From positions 1 to 54,302 of IMG/VR virus record IMGVR_UViG_3300044724_008989: a stretch of 54,302 nucleotides of DNA, one strand, 5' to 3'. The notes below the pieces were generated by a model. The model ran no database searches. It was not told the origin of the DNA and saw nothing but the letters and a program-made list of their open reading frames with translations. Shown here piece after piece: positions 25,586-36,000 of this stretch (the first letter of the stretch is position 1; each line of letters begins with the position of its first letter). Source of the DNA: a virus (taxonomy: Duplodnaviria; Caudoviricetes). The translations under genes and the position numbers were made by a program.

Positions 25586-28500
25586 ATGACTGCTAATAAC
25601 AATCTAGTAACAAACTTTAACGTAGATCCTTACTACGATGACTTCGATGAAACTAAAAACTTTCATCGAATTCTCTATCGACCTGGATTTGCGGTTCAAG
25701 CTAGAGAGCTTATTCAACAGCAGACCATTCTTCAAAATCAAATCCATCGATTTGGTAATCATATTTTTAGAGATGGTTCAGAAGTATCGGGAACATCTGA
25801 ATTCTTAGACCAAGTAGGTGTGTTTCGTTTAAAGGCGACTTACGGCGGTTCTACTATAGACGTTTCGTCTTTTGAAAACAAGTTTGCGCGCACCAGGGGT
25901 TCTGAAGAGCTGTATAAAGTTAAAAAAGCGGTACCTGCTGCGGGCGGAGATTTTGCTCACATTTACGTGCAGTACATCCAGCAGGCTAATACTACGTCTA
26001 ATTCAATTGTTATTGAAAGTAGAGTATCTAATAATGAAGTTATTGACTTTAGCTCCTCTTTTGTAAATGCCAATAACGTGTTTACTTCCAATGCGGGAGC
26101 AGCTCAAATCCTGGCTACAGGAGACACGACAGTAGCAAAGAGGCCAGTAACTAGAGGATTCTTATATTCAGCTGATGAGTCGATACATTACCACAAAGGG
26201 CTATTCATTAGAGCTCCAAAACAAACTGTTGCCGTAGCAGCCAACATATCCCATACAATGAGTATTGGATATACTTCTACAGAGACACTGGTTACAGCTG
26301 ATACCGATGGATCTCTTACTGATCCTGCTAGGGGTAGCTATAACTATTCTGCTCCCGGAGCCGATCGACTGAAGGTTGACCTTACGTTGACAGCAAAGAT
26401 CCTCGATGATGTTGCGGCTCCACCTCTAACTTCTAACAACTATTTTGAGGTAGCTAGAGTACAGAACGGAAGATTTATTAGCAAGAGGTCTACTCCCGAT
26501 TACAACATGCTTGGAGACGTTCTTGCTAAGAGGACGTTTGAGGAATCAGGCAACTACTCAGTAGAAGGTCTTAATCTAGTAGTTGCAAATACTGATTCTG
26601 CGTCTTCTAATCTTGCAGTAAGGTTTTCTCCTGGTACCGCTTATGTAAAAGGTTATCGAGTAAGGATCCCTAGCAACAGAGATATTCCTCTTCCAAAAGG
26701 AAGACAAAAAGATACAGTTACCGAACAAAATATTCAGGCTTTGTATGGTAATTATATTGTTGCAAACACTCTTGCTACAGGATTAATGGGTGTCAACGAT
26801 AGGGTTGAACTCCATGACAACGACACTCCTAGCGCCAGTACTAAAGTTGGTGAGGCTCATATAAAAAATATTGAATATTATTCTGGAACAGAGGATCAAA
26901 GAACATACAAGGTGTTCCTTTATGATATCAGAGTTACAAGTGGAAATAGAAACTTCAATCATGTAAAAAGCGTAATCAAAGGAACACATTCAAGTATAGA
27001 CTCTAGATTCTCAGTACACACAGATTCAGTAACCTCATTTGAAAAAACTGGTACAATTACTAGTGCGTGTACTGACGTCAGACTAACAAGCGCCGCTGGT
27101 GTCAAAGTTGGCATGGCAGTTATTAACAATGCGTTTGTATCTAACACGTTTGTTAAAAGTATTACGTTTGATACTGTATCACTATCAAGCGCTGCCTCAG
27201 TGTCTAATACTGATTCTACCATTACCTTTGAAAAACTTAATTTAAATGATCAAGACTTTAACCGTTCTTATTTTTTGATGCCTCATACAAATGTTGCTAA
27301 CACAATTAACGTAGATTATAGGTTTAAAAGAAAGTTTAGTGCAGTATCTTTTTCAAGTGGTTCTGCTATTATCCAAACAAACGATGGCACCGAAAGATTC
27401 CCTTCTGGGGCTGGATCATTAGCAAACGAAAACTTCATTGTTGTTATTAAATCTGGCGGTACGGGCGGTGTACCTACTGGTGCCGATGTTGATATGAATA
27501 AAGGTAGTCGTAGTGTAACTACACCTACCGCCACACCAGGCAATCCAGCTTCAGCTACTATTGACGTAGACGAGGCTGGTTTTAATGGTACAGCAGATAT
27601 TATTGCTGCAATTGACGTTACTGACGATACGCGTAGAGTAAAAACTAGAAACAACGGAACTACAAAGACGTTTGAAGGTGGATATCCATCTTCAGCCACT
27701 AAGCTGTCACTTGGATACGCCGATGTAATTAAGATTAACGCAATTTACGAAGGTAACTCGTCTTTCGTTTCTTCTAACACATCTCAAGTAATTAGAGTAC
27801 ATGGCTCCAATACTAACATTAAGTTGGTAACAAGTAACTTTGTTTTTGACAATGGACAGAGAGACTCGTTCTACGACCATTCGACAATTCAAATTAAGCC
27901 CGGTCTAGCGTCTAACACTAATCAAATTTTAGTTAGCTTTGATTATTATTCTCATGGTGGTGGTCGCGGGTTTTTCTCAGATAAAAGCTATCCAGATTAT
28001 ACCACGATACCAACATACAGAAATCAGCAAGGTCAGACTATACATTTAAGGGACGTTTTAGATTTTAGACCAACTCGATCGGCTAATAGTACCTCAAACA
28101 CATACATCACAACCAAGTCGTTTGGAAATCATCAAATTATTGATTCTCAAACCTTCGAAGCTGAAGCTGATTATCAGTACTATAAGAAAAGAGTTCATAA
28201 AGTCTCTTTAGATCAACATGGTGAGCTTGTTTTGTCTTCAGGTGAGTCTGCTCTTAATAACCCACCTATTCCTTTCACTGACAACGACACTATGCTATTG
28301 GCTACTTTCTTTGTCAACCCATATACCTATGATGAAACGGATTTGAAAGTCAGGTTAGAAGATAATAGCCGTTACACAATGAGGGATATTGCAAAGATAG
28401 ACAAGCGATTAGAAAATCTTGAATACTACACTTCTTTGAATCTACTTGAAAATAAAATTGCAACTCAGCAATTTGTAGACACTGAAGGTGAGACCAGGTT

Positions 28501-31159
28501 TAAAAACGGATTTTTAGTTGATCCGTTTAAAGGTCACTCTGTAGGTAATATTTTTGATCCTGAATATAAGGCTGCTATAGATCGTTCTCGTCAGGTAATG
28601 AGACCAACATTTACTAGTGATTCGACTCCTCTAGTGGCTCAAGCAGGGGCAGGACTGTCAATTAGTAGTAGCGGTATAGTTACGCTACCATTTACAGAGA
28701 CTAATTTCATATCACAGACAATCGCATCGTCTACCATTAATGTAAATCCTTTCCAGGTGGTGTCGTTTGTTGGCCACGTTGAGCTCAGACCTTCATCAGA
28801 CACGTGGGTAGATACTGTAAATGCTCCTGCTGTTGTTGTAAATGATGCTGGAGACCTTGATCACTATCGTTACTTAACATCAACCGTTGGATACGAGTAT
28901 GGTGATTGGCAAGCATCTGGGGACTCTGTACATAACGAAACACCAACCACGATAACTGGAAACTATGCTGGTTCTAATGATGATGGTGGCGTATACGGAA
29001 CAACAATTACACAGCAGGGTCGACAATCAAGAACAAAAGTAGAGGTGCAAGTTCTAGAGGATGTTTCTACATCTACTCAACTAATCAACAGTGTTTATTA
29101 TCCATACATGAGATCAAAGAAAGTTACGTTTAATGTAACTGGTGCTAGACCAAATGCGCGATTGTATCTGTTGTTTGGTGGAGTTAATATTAGCGACCAC
29201 ATGGCTCCCAATAGCTTGACCTCATCTAGACCAGAGCAAGTAATTTATAGCACTGATGCTACCAGAAGCGTAGTTACAGACTCGTTTGGAAATGCTTCGG
29301 GATATTTCTGGGTGCCAAATCCAAATCAAATATTAAGCAAGGCTGCTTTTGATGCGAATCCAAACGCTGCAGTTTTGCCTGATTTGTCTAACACGTCTAA
29401 TGACGACAGACGATTTGTTGCTGGCACCGTTGAGGTAATTTTTACAGATAATCATTTGAACCCACAATTTTCTACTTCATACTGTACAACTACTTTTAGT
29501 TCGCGAGGAAGAACTGATACTTATCAAACCACCACTACGATGACCCGTAGATATCAAACAGTGAGGAAAGCAGATGGGTTTGTCACTTCATCTCAAACCA
29601 CTAACGCGTTTTTCCTAGATTCAACACAAAACGAATCAGATGTTTTGTCTTCAGTTGATACCAGTGGTGCTTCCAGTGCGCAGGTTAATAATGCTACAAC
29701 AATTATTACAGCTACCTACGAACAGCACATTAATAGAAGACCTGATGTTGCTGGGTATAAGCACTGGGTAGAAAAGTTTAGTAATGGTGACTTCGGAGAC
29801 CCTGCAGACTCATCAACATTGATAGCATTGGGCGCAGCTATCGTTACAGCTGGTATGAACAACGCTAACGATCCAAACATAAATTGTGAGTTTGGTAATG
29901 ATCCGGTTAGTCAAACATTTACAATACCTGCCGAATTCTATCCAAATGGTATTTTTGTTAGTTCTGTAGACATCTTTATGGCACAGAAAGATAACAACTT
30001 ACCTCTACACGTTGAGCTTCGGCCAACCGTCAACGGATTTCCTAGTGCAGATGAATCTATTCCTTTGTCACGAGTATCATTAAATCCAAGTGCTATTAAT
30101 GCCAATGCCACTACACCTACAGCTACTAACGTAGCATTCAAGGCGCCAATTCACTTAGCACCTGGAGAGTATTCTGTTGTGTTACTAACAGACTCTCTAG
30201 ATTATATTACCTATATCGCTACTATTGGTGAAGAACGACTTGATGGTACTGGTCTCGTTACTCAACAGCCCACTCTTGGTTCTTTGTTCAAATCCCAAAA
30301 TGCAAGGACATGGACACCAGTCCAAGAGTCTGATCTAGTGTTTAGATTAAAGAAAGCATCGTTTACTAAAGATACCAACTTTAGTATAACAATGTCTTCT
30401 AATAATATCGGGCGCGCTGCATACAGTGCTAATACTTTATATGCTAATACGTCTGGTCAATACGATCTAGCCAATATAGTAATGCCTAAGTATGATAACC
30501 TTTCGCCACTGAAATCGTCTTATGAGATAAAAACTAAAGGTGTAGGGTTGTCTGTTGGACCATTTGAAAGGGTACTTCCTAATCAAGACTTGGTTTTTCC
30601 AGCGTCGAAGGAAATAGTAAACAACAACGACCTGCAAGTCAAAGTAACCTTTGCTACCAATGATGCAGACATTTCGCCATACTTCGACCTTGACAGCTCT
30701 GCTGTTACTTTGGTGAAAAATGTAATTAACGCACCTCCATCTGGAACTTTTGTAGCAGAGACAGAACCAACTAACGGTTACGCGTTGGCCAGGTATATTA
30801 CCAGAAAGGTAACTTTGGGTCAAGGTCTTGATGCCAGGAGCCTAAAAGTAATCGTAGACCAAAATATGCCCGAAGGTTCATCGGCTGAGGTGTACTACAG
30901 AGTTATAAATAGTGAGGATGAAACTAATTTTGACGATCGTCCTTATGTGTTAATGAGTAGGAAGCAAGCTACAGTAGCTACAAATCAACAAGTTGCTAGT
31001 TTTAATGAGTATGAATATTTTGCAGATGACATCACCTACACTCAAGGTAATGCATCGTACGACAACTTTAACGGGTTTAGTATAAAAATAGTCATGTACT
31101 CGACGTCAACGGCCGCTGCTCCTTCTTTCCGCAACTTTAGAGCTATAGCATTCGCATGA
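25586..31159 (+). CDS. large virion structural protein (VrlC/DUF4815-like)
   Basis: NVDPYYDDF..KNFHRIL.RPG.AVQAREL, APGADRL, RTFEESGNY, LEYYTSL.LLE, RFKNGF.VD.F, DP.SQTF, GSLFKSQN..TW, RAIA. Confidence 0.9.
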   Translation: MTANNNLVTNFNVDPYYDDFDETKNFHRILYRPGFAVQARELIQQQTILQNQIHRFGNHIFRDGSEVSGTSEFLDQVGVFRLKATYGGSTIDVSSFENKFARTRGSEELYKVKKAVPAAGGDFAHIYVQYIQQANTTSNSIVIESRVSNNEVIDFSSSFVNANNVFTSNAGAAQILATGDTTVAKRPVTRGFLYSADESIHYHKGLFIRAPKQTVAVAANISHTMSIGYTSTETLVTADTDGSLTDPARGSYNYSAPGADRLKVDLTLTAKILDDVAAPPLTSNNYFEVARVQNGRFISKRSTPDYNMLGDVLAKRTFEESGNYSVEGLNLVVANTDSASSNLAVRFSPGTAYVKGYRVRIPSNRDIPLPKGRQKDTVTEQNIQALYGNYIVANTLATGLMGVNDRVELHDNDTPSASTKVGEAHIKNIEYYSGTEDQRTYKVFLYDIRVTSGNRNFNHVKSVIKGTHSSIDSRFSVHTDSVTSFEKTGTITSACTDVRLTSAAGVKVGMAVINNAFVSNTFVKSITFDTVSLSSAASVSNTDSTITFEKLNLNDQDFNRSYFLMPHTNVANTINVDYRFKRKFSAVSFSSGSAIIQTNDGTERFPSGAGSLANENFIVVIKSGGTGGVPTGADVDMNKGSRSVTTPTATPGNPASATIDVDEAGFNGTADIIAAIDVTDDTRRVKTRNNGTTKTFEGGYPSSATKLSLGYADVIKINAIYEGNSSFVSSNTSQVIRVHGSNTNIKLVTSNFVFDNGQRDSFYDHSTIQIKPGLASNTNQILVSFDYYSHGGGRGFFSDKSYPDYTTIPTYRNQQGQTIHLRDVLDFRPTRSANSTSNTYITTKSFGNHQIIDSQTFEAEADYQYYKKRVHKVSLDQHGELVLSSGESALNNPPIPFTDNDTMLLATFFVNPYTYDETDLKVRLEDNSRYTMRDIAKIDKRLENLEYYTSLNLLENKIATQQFVDTEGETRFKNGFLVDPFKGHSVGNIFDPEYKAAIDRSRQVMRPTFTSDSTPLVAQAGAGLSISSSGIVTLPFTETNFISQTIASSTINVNPFQVVSFVGHVELRPSSDTWVDTVNAPAVVVNDAGDLDHYRYLTSTVGYEYGDWQASGDSVHNETPTTITGNYAGSNDDGGVYGTTITQQGRQSRTKVEVQVLEDVSTSTQLINSVYYPYMRSKKVTFNVTGARPNARLYLLFGGVNISDHMAPNSLTSSRPEQVIYSTDATRSVVTDSFGNASGYFWVPNPNQILSKAAFDANPNAAVLPDLSNTSNDDRRFVAGTVEVIFTDNHLNPQFSTSYCTTTFSSRGRTDTYQTTTTMTRRYQTVRKADGFVTSSQTTNAFFLDSTQNESDVLSSVDTSGASSAQVNNATTIITATYEQHINRRPDVAGYKHWVEKFSNGDFGDPADSSTLIALGAAIVTAGMNNANDPNINCEFGNDPVSQTFTIPAEFYPNGIFVSSVDIFMAQKDNNLPLHVELRPTVNGFPSADESIPLSRVSLNPSAINANATTPTATNVAFKAPIHLAPGEYSVVLLTDSLDYITYIATIGEERLDGTGLVTQQPTLGSLFKSQNARTWTPVQESDLVFRLKKASFTKDTNFSITMSSNNIGRAAYSANTLYANTSGQYDLANIVMPKYDNLSPLKSSYEIKTKGVGLSVGPFERVLPNQDLVFPASKEIVNNNDLQVKVTFATNDADISPYFDLDSSAVTLVKNVINAPPSGTFVAETEPTNGYALARYITRKVTLGQGLDARSLKVIVDQNMPEGSSAEVYYRVINSEDETNFDDRPYVLMSRKQATVATNQQVASFNEYEYFADDITYTQGNASYDNFNGFSIKIVMYSTSTAAAPSFRNFRAIAFA

Positions 31160-31368
31160 GCGATACAGGAGTAAAGGTAAAGGATCATGATGATTTAAGA
31201 AGAGATCCTCATAGTAAGGCAATCGTAAGCGTGGACAAGGAAGAGTATAGAGCTTATCTGAACCGAAAGCAGAAAAACGAACGACTTGTCCACCTAGAAA
31301 ATAAAATGTTTGATCTACAAAATGATATTAGTGACATTAAGAATCTGTTACAACAAATAGTAAATTAG
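31156..31368 (+). CDS. small conserved coiled-coil protein
   Basis: VK...L.RD..S.AI..., DI.DIK.LL; usual neighbour of the VrlC-like gene. Confidence 0.85.
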   Translation: MSDTGVKVKDHDDLRRDPHSKAIVSVDKEEYRAYLNRKQKNERLVHLENKMFDLQNDISDIKNLLQQIVN

Positions 31369-31382
31369 GTTAGAGGTAACTA

Positions 31383-32096
31383 ATGGCACTTTCATTAGCA
31401 AATGTACAAGTATCTGATACGTTTCAGACGTGGTTTACTCGCACAAATGAAATTATAGATGCTGCATTTCCAGCTAGTGGGGGTACTGTTGCTGGTGATT
31501 TAACTGTTACTGGCGATGCTACCTTTAGTGGTAATACTACGATAGTTAATAAAACTACCGTATCAACTACCGATGCTTTATTGCAGTTAGCGTCAAACAA
31601 CGAATTCACTGATATTCTAGACATTGGATTTTTTGCTCATTTTAACGATGGTACAGGTGGTGTAGGAGCAAATAACCACACAGGATTAATAAGAGACGCT
31701 GTAACAAAAGAGTATTACTTTTTTTCAGAATTTAAAACTGGAGATGAACTAACTACTAACATTGATATAAATCATGCTTCGTTTAAGCTCGCTAATGTTA
31801 ATGTCAAAAAGATTACATCAACTACAGGTTCATTTACTACTGTAAGTGCTAACACAATATCAGTATTAAACACTGTAACAGCTAATACAGCTGTATTTAC
31901 TTCAAGTGGTGCGATAACGTTGCCTGTTGGTAATACTGGTCAACAGCCTGGTTCACCTTCCACAGGTATGATTCGATTTAATAGCGACAACAACACGTTA
32001 GAGCTATATAATGGATCAAGTTTTACAACAGTCGGTGGCCAGAGCGTTGGTGGAACAGCGGCCGGTGTTGACTTAGTATACTTCTTAGCATCGTAG
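31383..32096 (+). CDS. tail fibre / baseplate-attached structural protein
   Basis: SDTFQTW..TNEI, GDLTVTG, LPVGNT.Q.P..P..GMIRFN...LE.YNG. Confidence 0.8.
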   Translation: MALSLANVQVSDTFQTWFTRTNEIIDAAFPASGGTVAGDLTVTGDATFSGNTTIVNKTTVSTTDALLQLASNNEFTDILDIGFFAHFNDGTGGVGANNHTGLIRDAVTKEYYFFSEFKTGDELTTNIDINHASFKLANVNVKKITSTTGSFTTVSANTISVLNTVTANTAVFTSSGAITLPVGNTGQQPGSPSTGMIRFNSDNNTLELYNGSSFTTVGGQSVGGTAAGVDLVYFLAS

Positions 32097-32118
32097 AGGA
32101 TCAATAAAGGAAAATTTA

Positions 32119-32445
32119 ATGGCCATTGGAAGACTAGCAACTGTTAACCCGCCTGCAGAAAATGGAAACACTGTTTATCAGGTGCCGGCGTCTCACTATA
32201 GTTCTGTTAGTATAAATATACTAAATAGAAGTGGATCGCCTACATCATACAGGTTGGCTATTCTGGAAAGTGCAAGTACATCACCTTCCACTTCAAACTA
32301 TCTTGAATATGATATTGTTTTAGATGGTAATAATTTTGTAGAGAGGACCGGATTAGTTTTAAGTGCTGGTCAAAAAGTGTGGGTGAGGTCACCTACTTCC
32401 TCTCTTGCTATAAATGTATATGGGTATGAAACTCAAGAATCTTAA
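32119..32445 (+). CDS. virion structural protein
   Basis: GRLA...VY.VP...YLEYD..L....ERTGLVL..GQ...VYG.E. Confidence 0.8.
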   Translation: MAIGRLATVNPPAENGNTVYQVPASHYSSVSINILNRSGSPTSYRLAILESASTSPSTSNYLEYDIVLDGNNFVERTGLVLSAGQKVWVRSPTSSLAINVYGYETQES

Positions 32446-32457
32446 AGGTAAAAAACG

Positions 32458-33057
32458 ATGACACAATTTGCATTTGTTACATATGAACCCACTTCCGGAC
32501 TTTTAAAGTCAGTTGTGGTAAGTCCACCCATGAATCTTGAGACAGTTGTCGACACTTACTGCGAGAACCTCCAGGTGGTAACAACTGGTACAGACGAGGA
32601 GGGACAGGAGCACGAGATTGAAATTCCTGTGATCTCTCCGTCCATGGGTGGAATCTCAGCTAAAATTCAAATACCCAACGACGACACTGACTATGCTGTG
32701 GTGGTAGCAAATGCTGCCAAAGAGGAGCTCAGTAGCGTTGAGGTAGATTTAGTTGATATCGAATGGTCTAACTATCAATTAGCAGTAAACGATACATTGG
32801 TAATCTATCAATGCAATCCTAAATTAAATTTAAAAGAAAGAGGTACTGTCGCAGATAATGATTTGTCTACCAATACTTTGCGAGGTTACTTTTTGTTGGA
32901 TAGCGATGACATTTACGACACAGCTAATACCAGAATAATCGATAACGTCTCTATCGATGTAGATTCAGATGGTAATGTTGATTTTATGAGTTTTCTTGAA
33001 GGCAAAAAAATTATATCCACTGATGGTGTGCTTTCTTTGGCAACCATTGAAGAGTAG
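32458..33057 (+). CDS. acidic hypothetical protein (possible fibre chaperone)
   Basis: ORF with AAGG SD immediately before the Cys-rich gene. Confidence 0.75.
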   Translation: MTQFAFVTYEPTSGLLKSVVVSPPMNLETVVDTYCENLQVVTTGTDEEGQEHEIEIPVISPSMGGISAKIQIPNDDTDYAVVVANAAKEELSSVEVDLVDIEWSNYQLAVNDTLVIYQCNPKLNLKERGTVADNDLSTNTLRGYFLLDSDDIYDTANTRIIDNVSIDVDSDGNVDFMSFLEGKKIISTDGVLSLATIEE

Positions 33058-33070
33058 TTAGGGGGGCCTG

Positions 33071-36000
33071 ATGGCTAGGTATACAGGTAAGCCTGGATCA
33101 GCAAGTGTAGCTATACAAGAGATAGCTTCAATAGATTCCAGATATACCAACAGGTGCTTGTATAGCACACCAGGATGCAGTACATTTACGGTACCGGGAG
33201 GAGTCAATTCCGTATTAGCGGTAGCCGTAGGACCAGGCTCTAAGGCCTGCGAAGGACTAAAATGTGCTAGATTGCTTTCATGCGCAAATATAGCCGCGAC
33301 TTTAGAGACTCAGTTTAGAACGTGCTGTTGCGTTGTTAAGACTGGTAACTGTTGTTATCCAGATTGCTGTGGTCAATCTAACACTGTCAATTTTTCTTGT
33401 GGTAGTTGGATACCGGTGAATGTCCAAAGAAGGATGTGCTATACTCTATCACTTTGTCCATTTCAGACTTTTAGCTGCAACTGCTGGGGCTCTGGAAATT
33501 TATGTTGTAGCCAGGTATGCTTCTATCATATGGCTTGGGGAGACTATGTTTATCAAAAAGTACCTGGGGGCATGGGTGGCGGCTATTCGGAAAAGGTAAT
33601 TTCCGTTACACCTTCACAAAGTCTAGATGTAGTTGTTGGTTGTTGGAATTGTATTGATAGTTTTTCAAGTGTGACAGCTAACTCTTCAGTATCAATTTGT
33701 GCGACAGGGCCCAAAGTATGCAGATCGTCCACCCCTGTAGTAAACGGACCATATAAGGAAGGCAATGTATTAAATCATTCCTGTCATTGGGAAAGTTTAT
33801 TAAACGCGGCGACATTGGGCTCCAGTGGTTTATGTGGGTTAACTTGTAAGTGTTGTGGAACAAGAAGTAGGTCTTATAACTGTACATACACTTGGGGATG
33901 GTTGAATGATTTCCAGAACTGCTTCGTACCTGGTTGCGGTTATGGTGGTGATATCAACCGCAAAGGTGGTGGAACAGTTTTTAACATTTGTAAAACTGTT
34001 ACTCAACACGGACAAGATCACCCGGATGGGTTTGGATACTGCGGTGCCCAAACTCCCTGTATCGCACATTGTTTTCACGGTCCCAGCCGAATTTCTTGTG
34101 GGGGAGTCTGTTGCGGACCTATCCCCGACCCATGCAACTTACAGTACGAAGCAATAATGTGCACTCACGCACAAGGGTGTTATTCAAAACCATGTTGCTT
34201 GGCTGTAACATCCGATAATAGTGCTGTTGGCGGCCGCTGCGGATTTGCCGGCACGTGCAAGGCCAACTTCTATTGCGCATCCCCTGTTGCTCTTGCAACT
34301 TGCCACCACCAATTTATTTCTGTGCACCCGTTGCTTGGGTCAGAATGCGTATGTTGGCAAGCTCAAAAATCCGCCATCCATTTTTTTGGGGGTGGTTGCA
34401 ACTGTCTTAGCCAAACTTGTACCGGCGCTAAGGCAACTTATAGCTTTGATATGTGCCTTTCGACAACTCAAAAAATCTTGGGTTCAGGAGGAGGTATTAC
34501 GTACTTCAACTGTGCACCGTGTGTGGAAAATCAAGCAAACACTCCAGGATACCTTAACATCTTTTCCTTGTGTAACTGTCAAGCGTGTCCTGGCTGTTTC
34601 GGGTTTGGTGATCATAATTTTTCAGGTCTCATGATAAAAATCGAGCAAATCTCACATGCTCAATCGTGCTCTTATACAGATTGTACGTGCGCTGGAACGA
34701 TGTACCCTGCATCAAACTATATTCCAAACAGTAGGATGATTTTAAGTAATAGCCTTGCAACCGCGGACGAGAGAACCTATAGATTTGGAGGTAGTTCCGC
34801 TGGAAATTATTATTCAAACGGTGTAAACAGCACATCTGATGCAACATATGGACAAGCTGCAACTGTTGATTACAACCACTCTCTAGATTTCCAAAATTTG
34901 AACGATAACAGTGCTGCGTTCCAGTGTTTTGATCATGTTACTTATTGCAACGCTGAGTGTGGTGGGTCATCTGCATGGTATTGCAAACGTGCAAACGGAT
35001 GCAGCGCGCGGGGTGGTTATGCCGCAAATAACTTTACCGTGGCCAATGGTGAGGAGTTGTATGACAATGAATTTTTTGGAAAATTTTATTGTAACTGTTG
35101 TAAGTGTGGTGGGTGTACATCTGAGGTACCTTATCTTCCTCATTTCCCAGGTCCCTGCGCAGATACTGGAGGGCTGGCACAGGCGTGTGGATGTTTTTGC
35201 TTCACGGGATGTCATTATGGACTAGGCCGTTGCGCGTCGACCACTAGTTTTCCGGGCCACATTTATGCACCGCATCTAAATCCTCAAACAGTAAGAGGTT
35301 TCGAATCAACAGCTGCCGTCTGTTGCTATGATAGATTTAGCTGTCATCATGCCGGCGACGAAATAATGTGTGGATATGAATTCTTTTTGGATTGTTATTG
35401 CTGTGATAATTTTGCTGTAAAACAAAACCTGTACTTTCCTTTTCCAATAGCTGGTGGATCTGGATATGGCCACCCATTTGAAAATCCTTTAAACAACCTT
35501 AAAGGAGATCACAATGTAGTTTTCTCAGCTCACAAACTCTATCCATCGACAGCAGGTCAAGTATATGGGTACTTCAATTGTGGTTTAAAGACAGCCTCCG
35601 GCAGCACGCCGCCGACCATGACCTGCTCGCCGTATCTTTGGTGTCAAGTGGGGATTGGATGTACTTGTATTGGTCATCCCGATAGCGGAAGATTTGTACC
35701 TCCGCAGTCTACCTTTAAATACTATGCAAATACGATCTATGCTGGGCATCCTGTTAGATGTACAGTAGATGGCTGCGCGGTTCGACCTTGTGTATTGAGC
35801 AGACATGATTTATCTTCGGTTGTTTTAACAATGAAGAATGGATGTTTGTGTGGAGCTGGATGTACGTGTTGTGATGGAATCTATTGTACTTGGACTGCTC
35901 CTAGTGTCACTCAATACGCTTTAACAGGATGTAGTCACAACTGTGATCAATCATTTTGTATAAGCGAAACCCACAGAATCAGAGCTGGCGTCGACGATAA

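Noticed and set aside
30904-32218. Intragenic TATAAATA boxes at 30904 and 32211
   Set aside because: Both lie inside coding sequence, about 240 nt from the next start; may be chance in AT-rich DNA, so not called.
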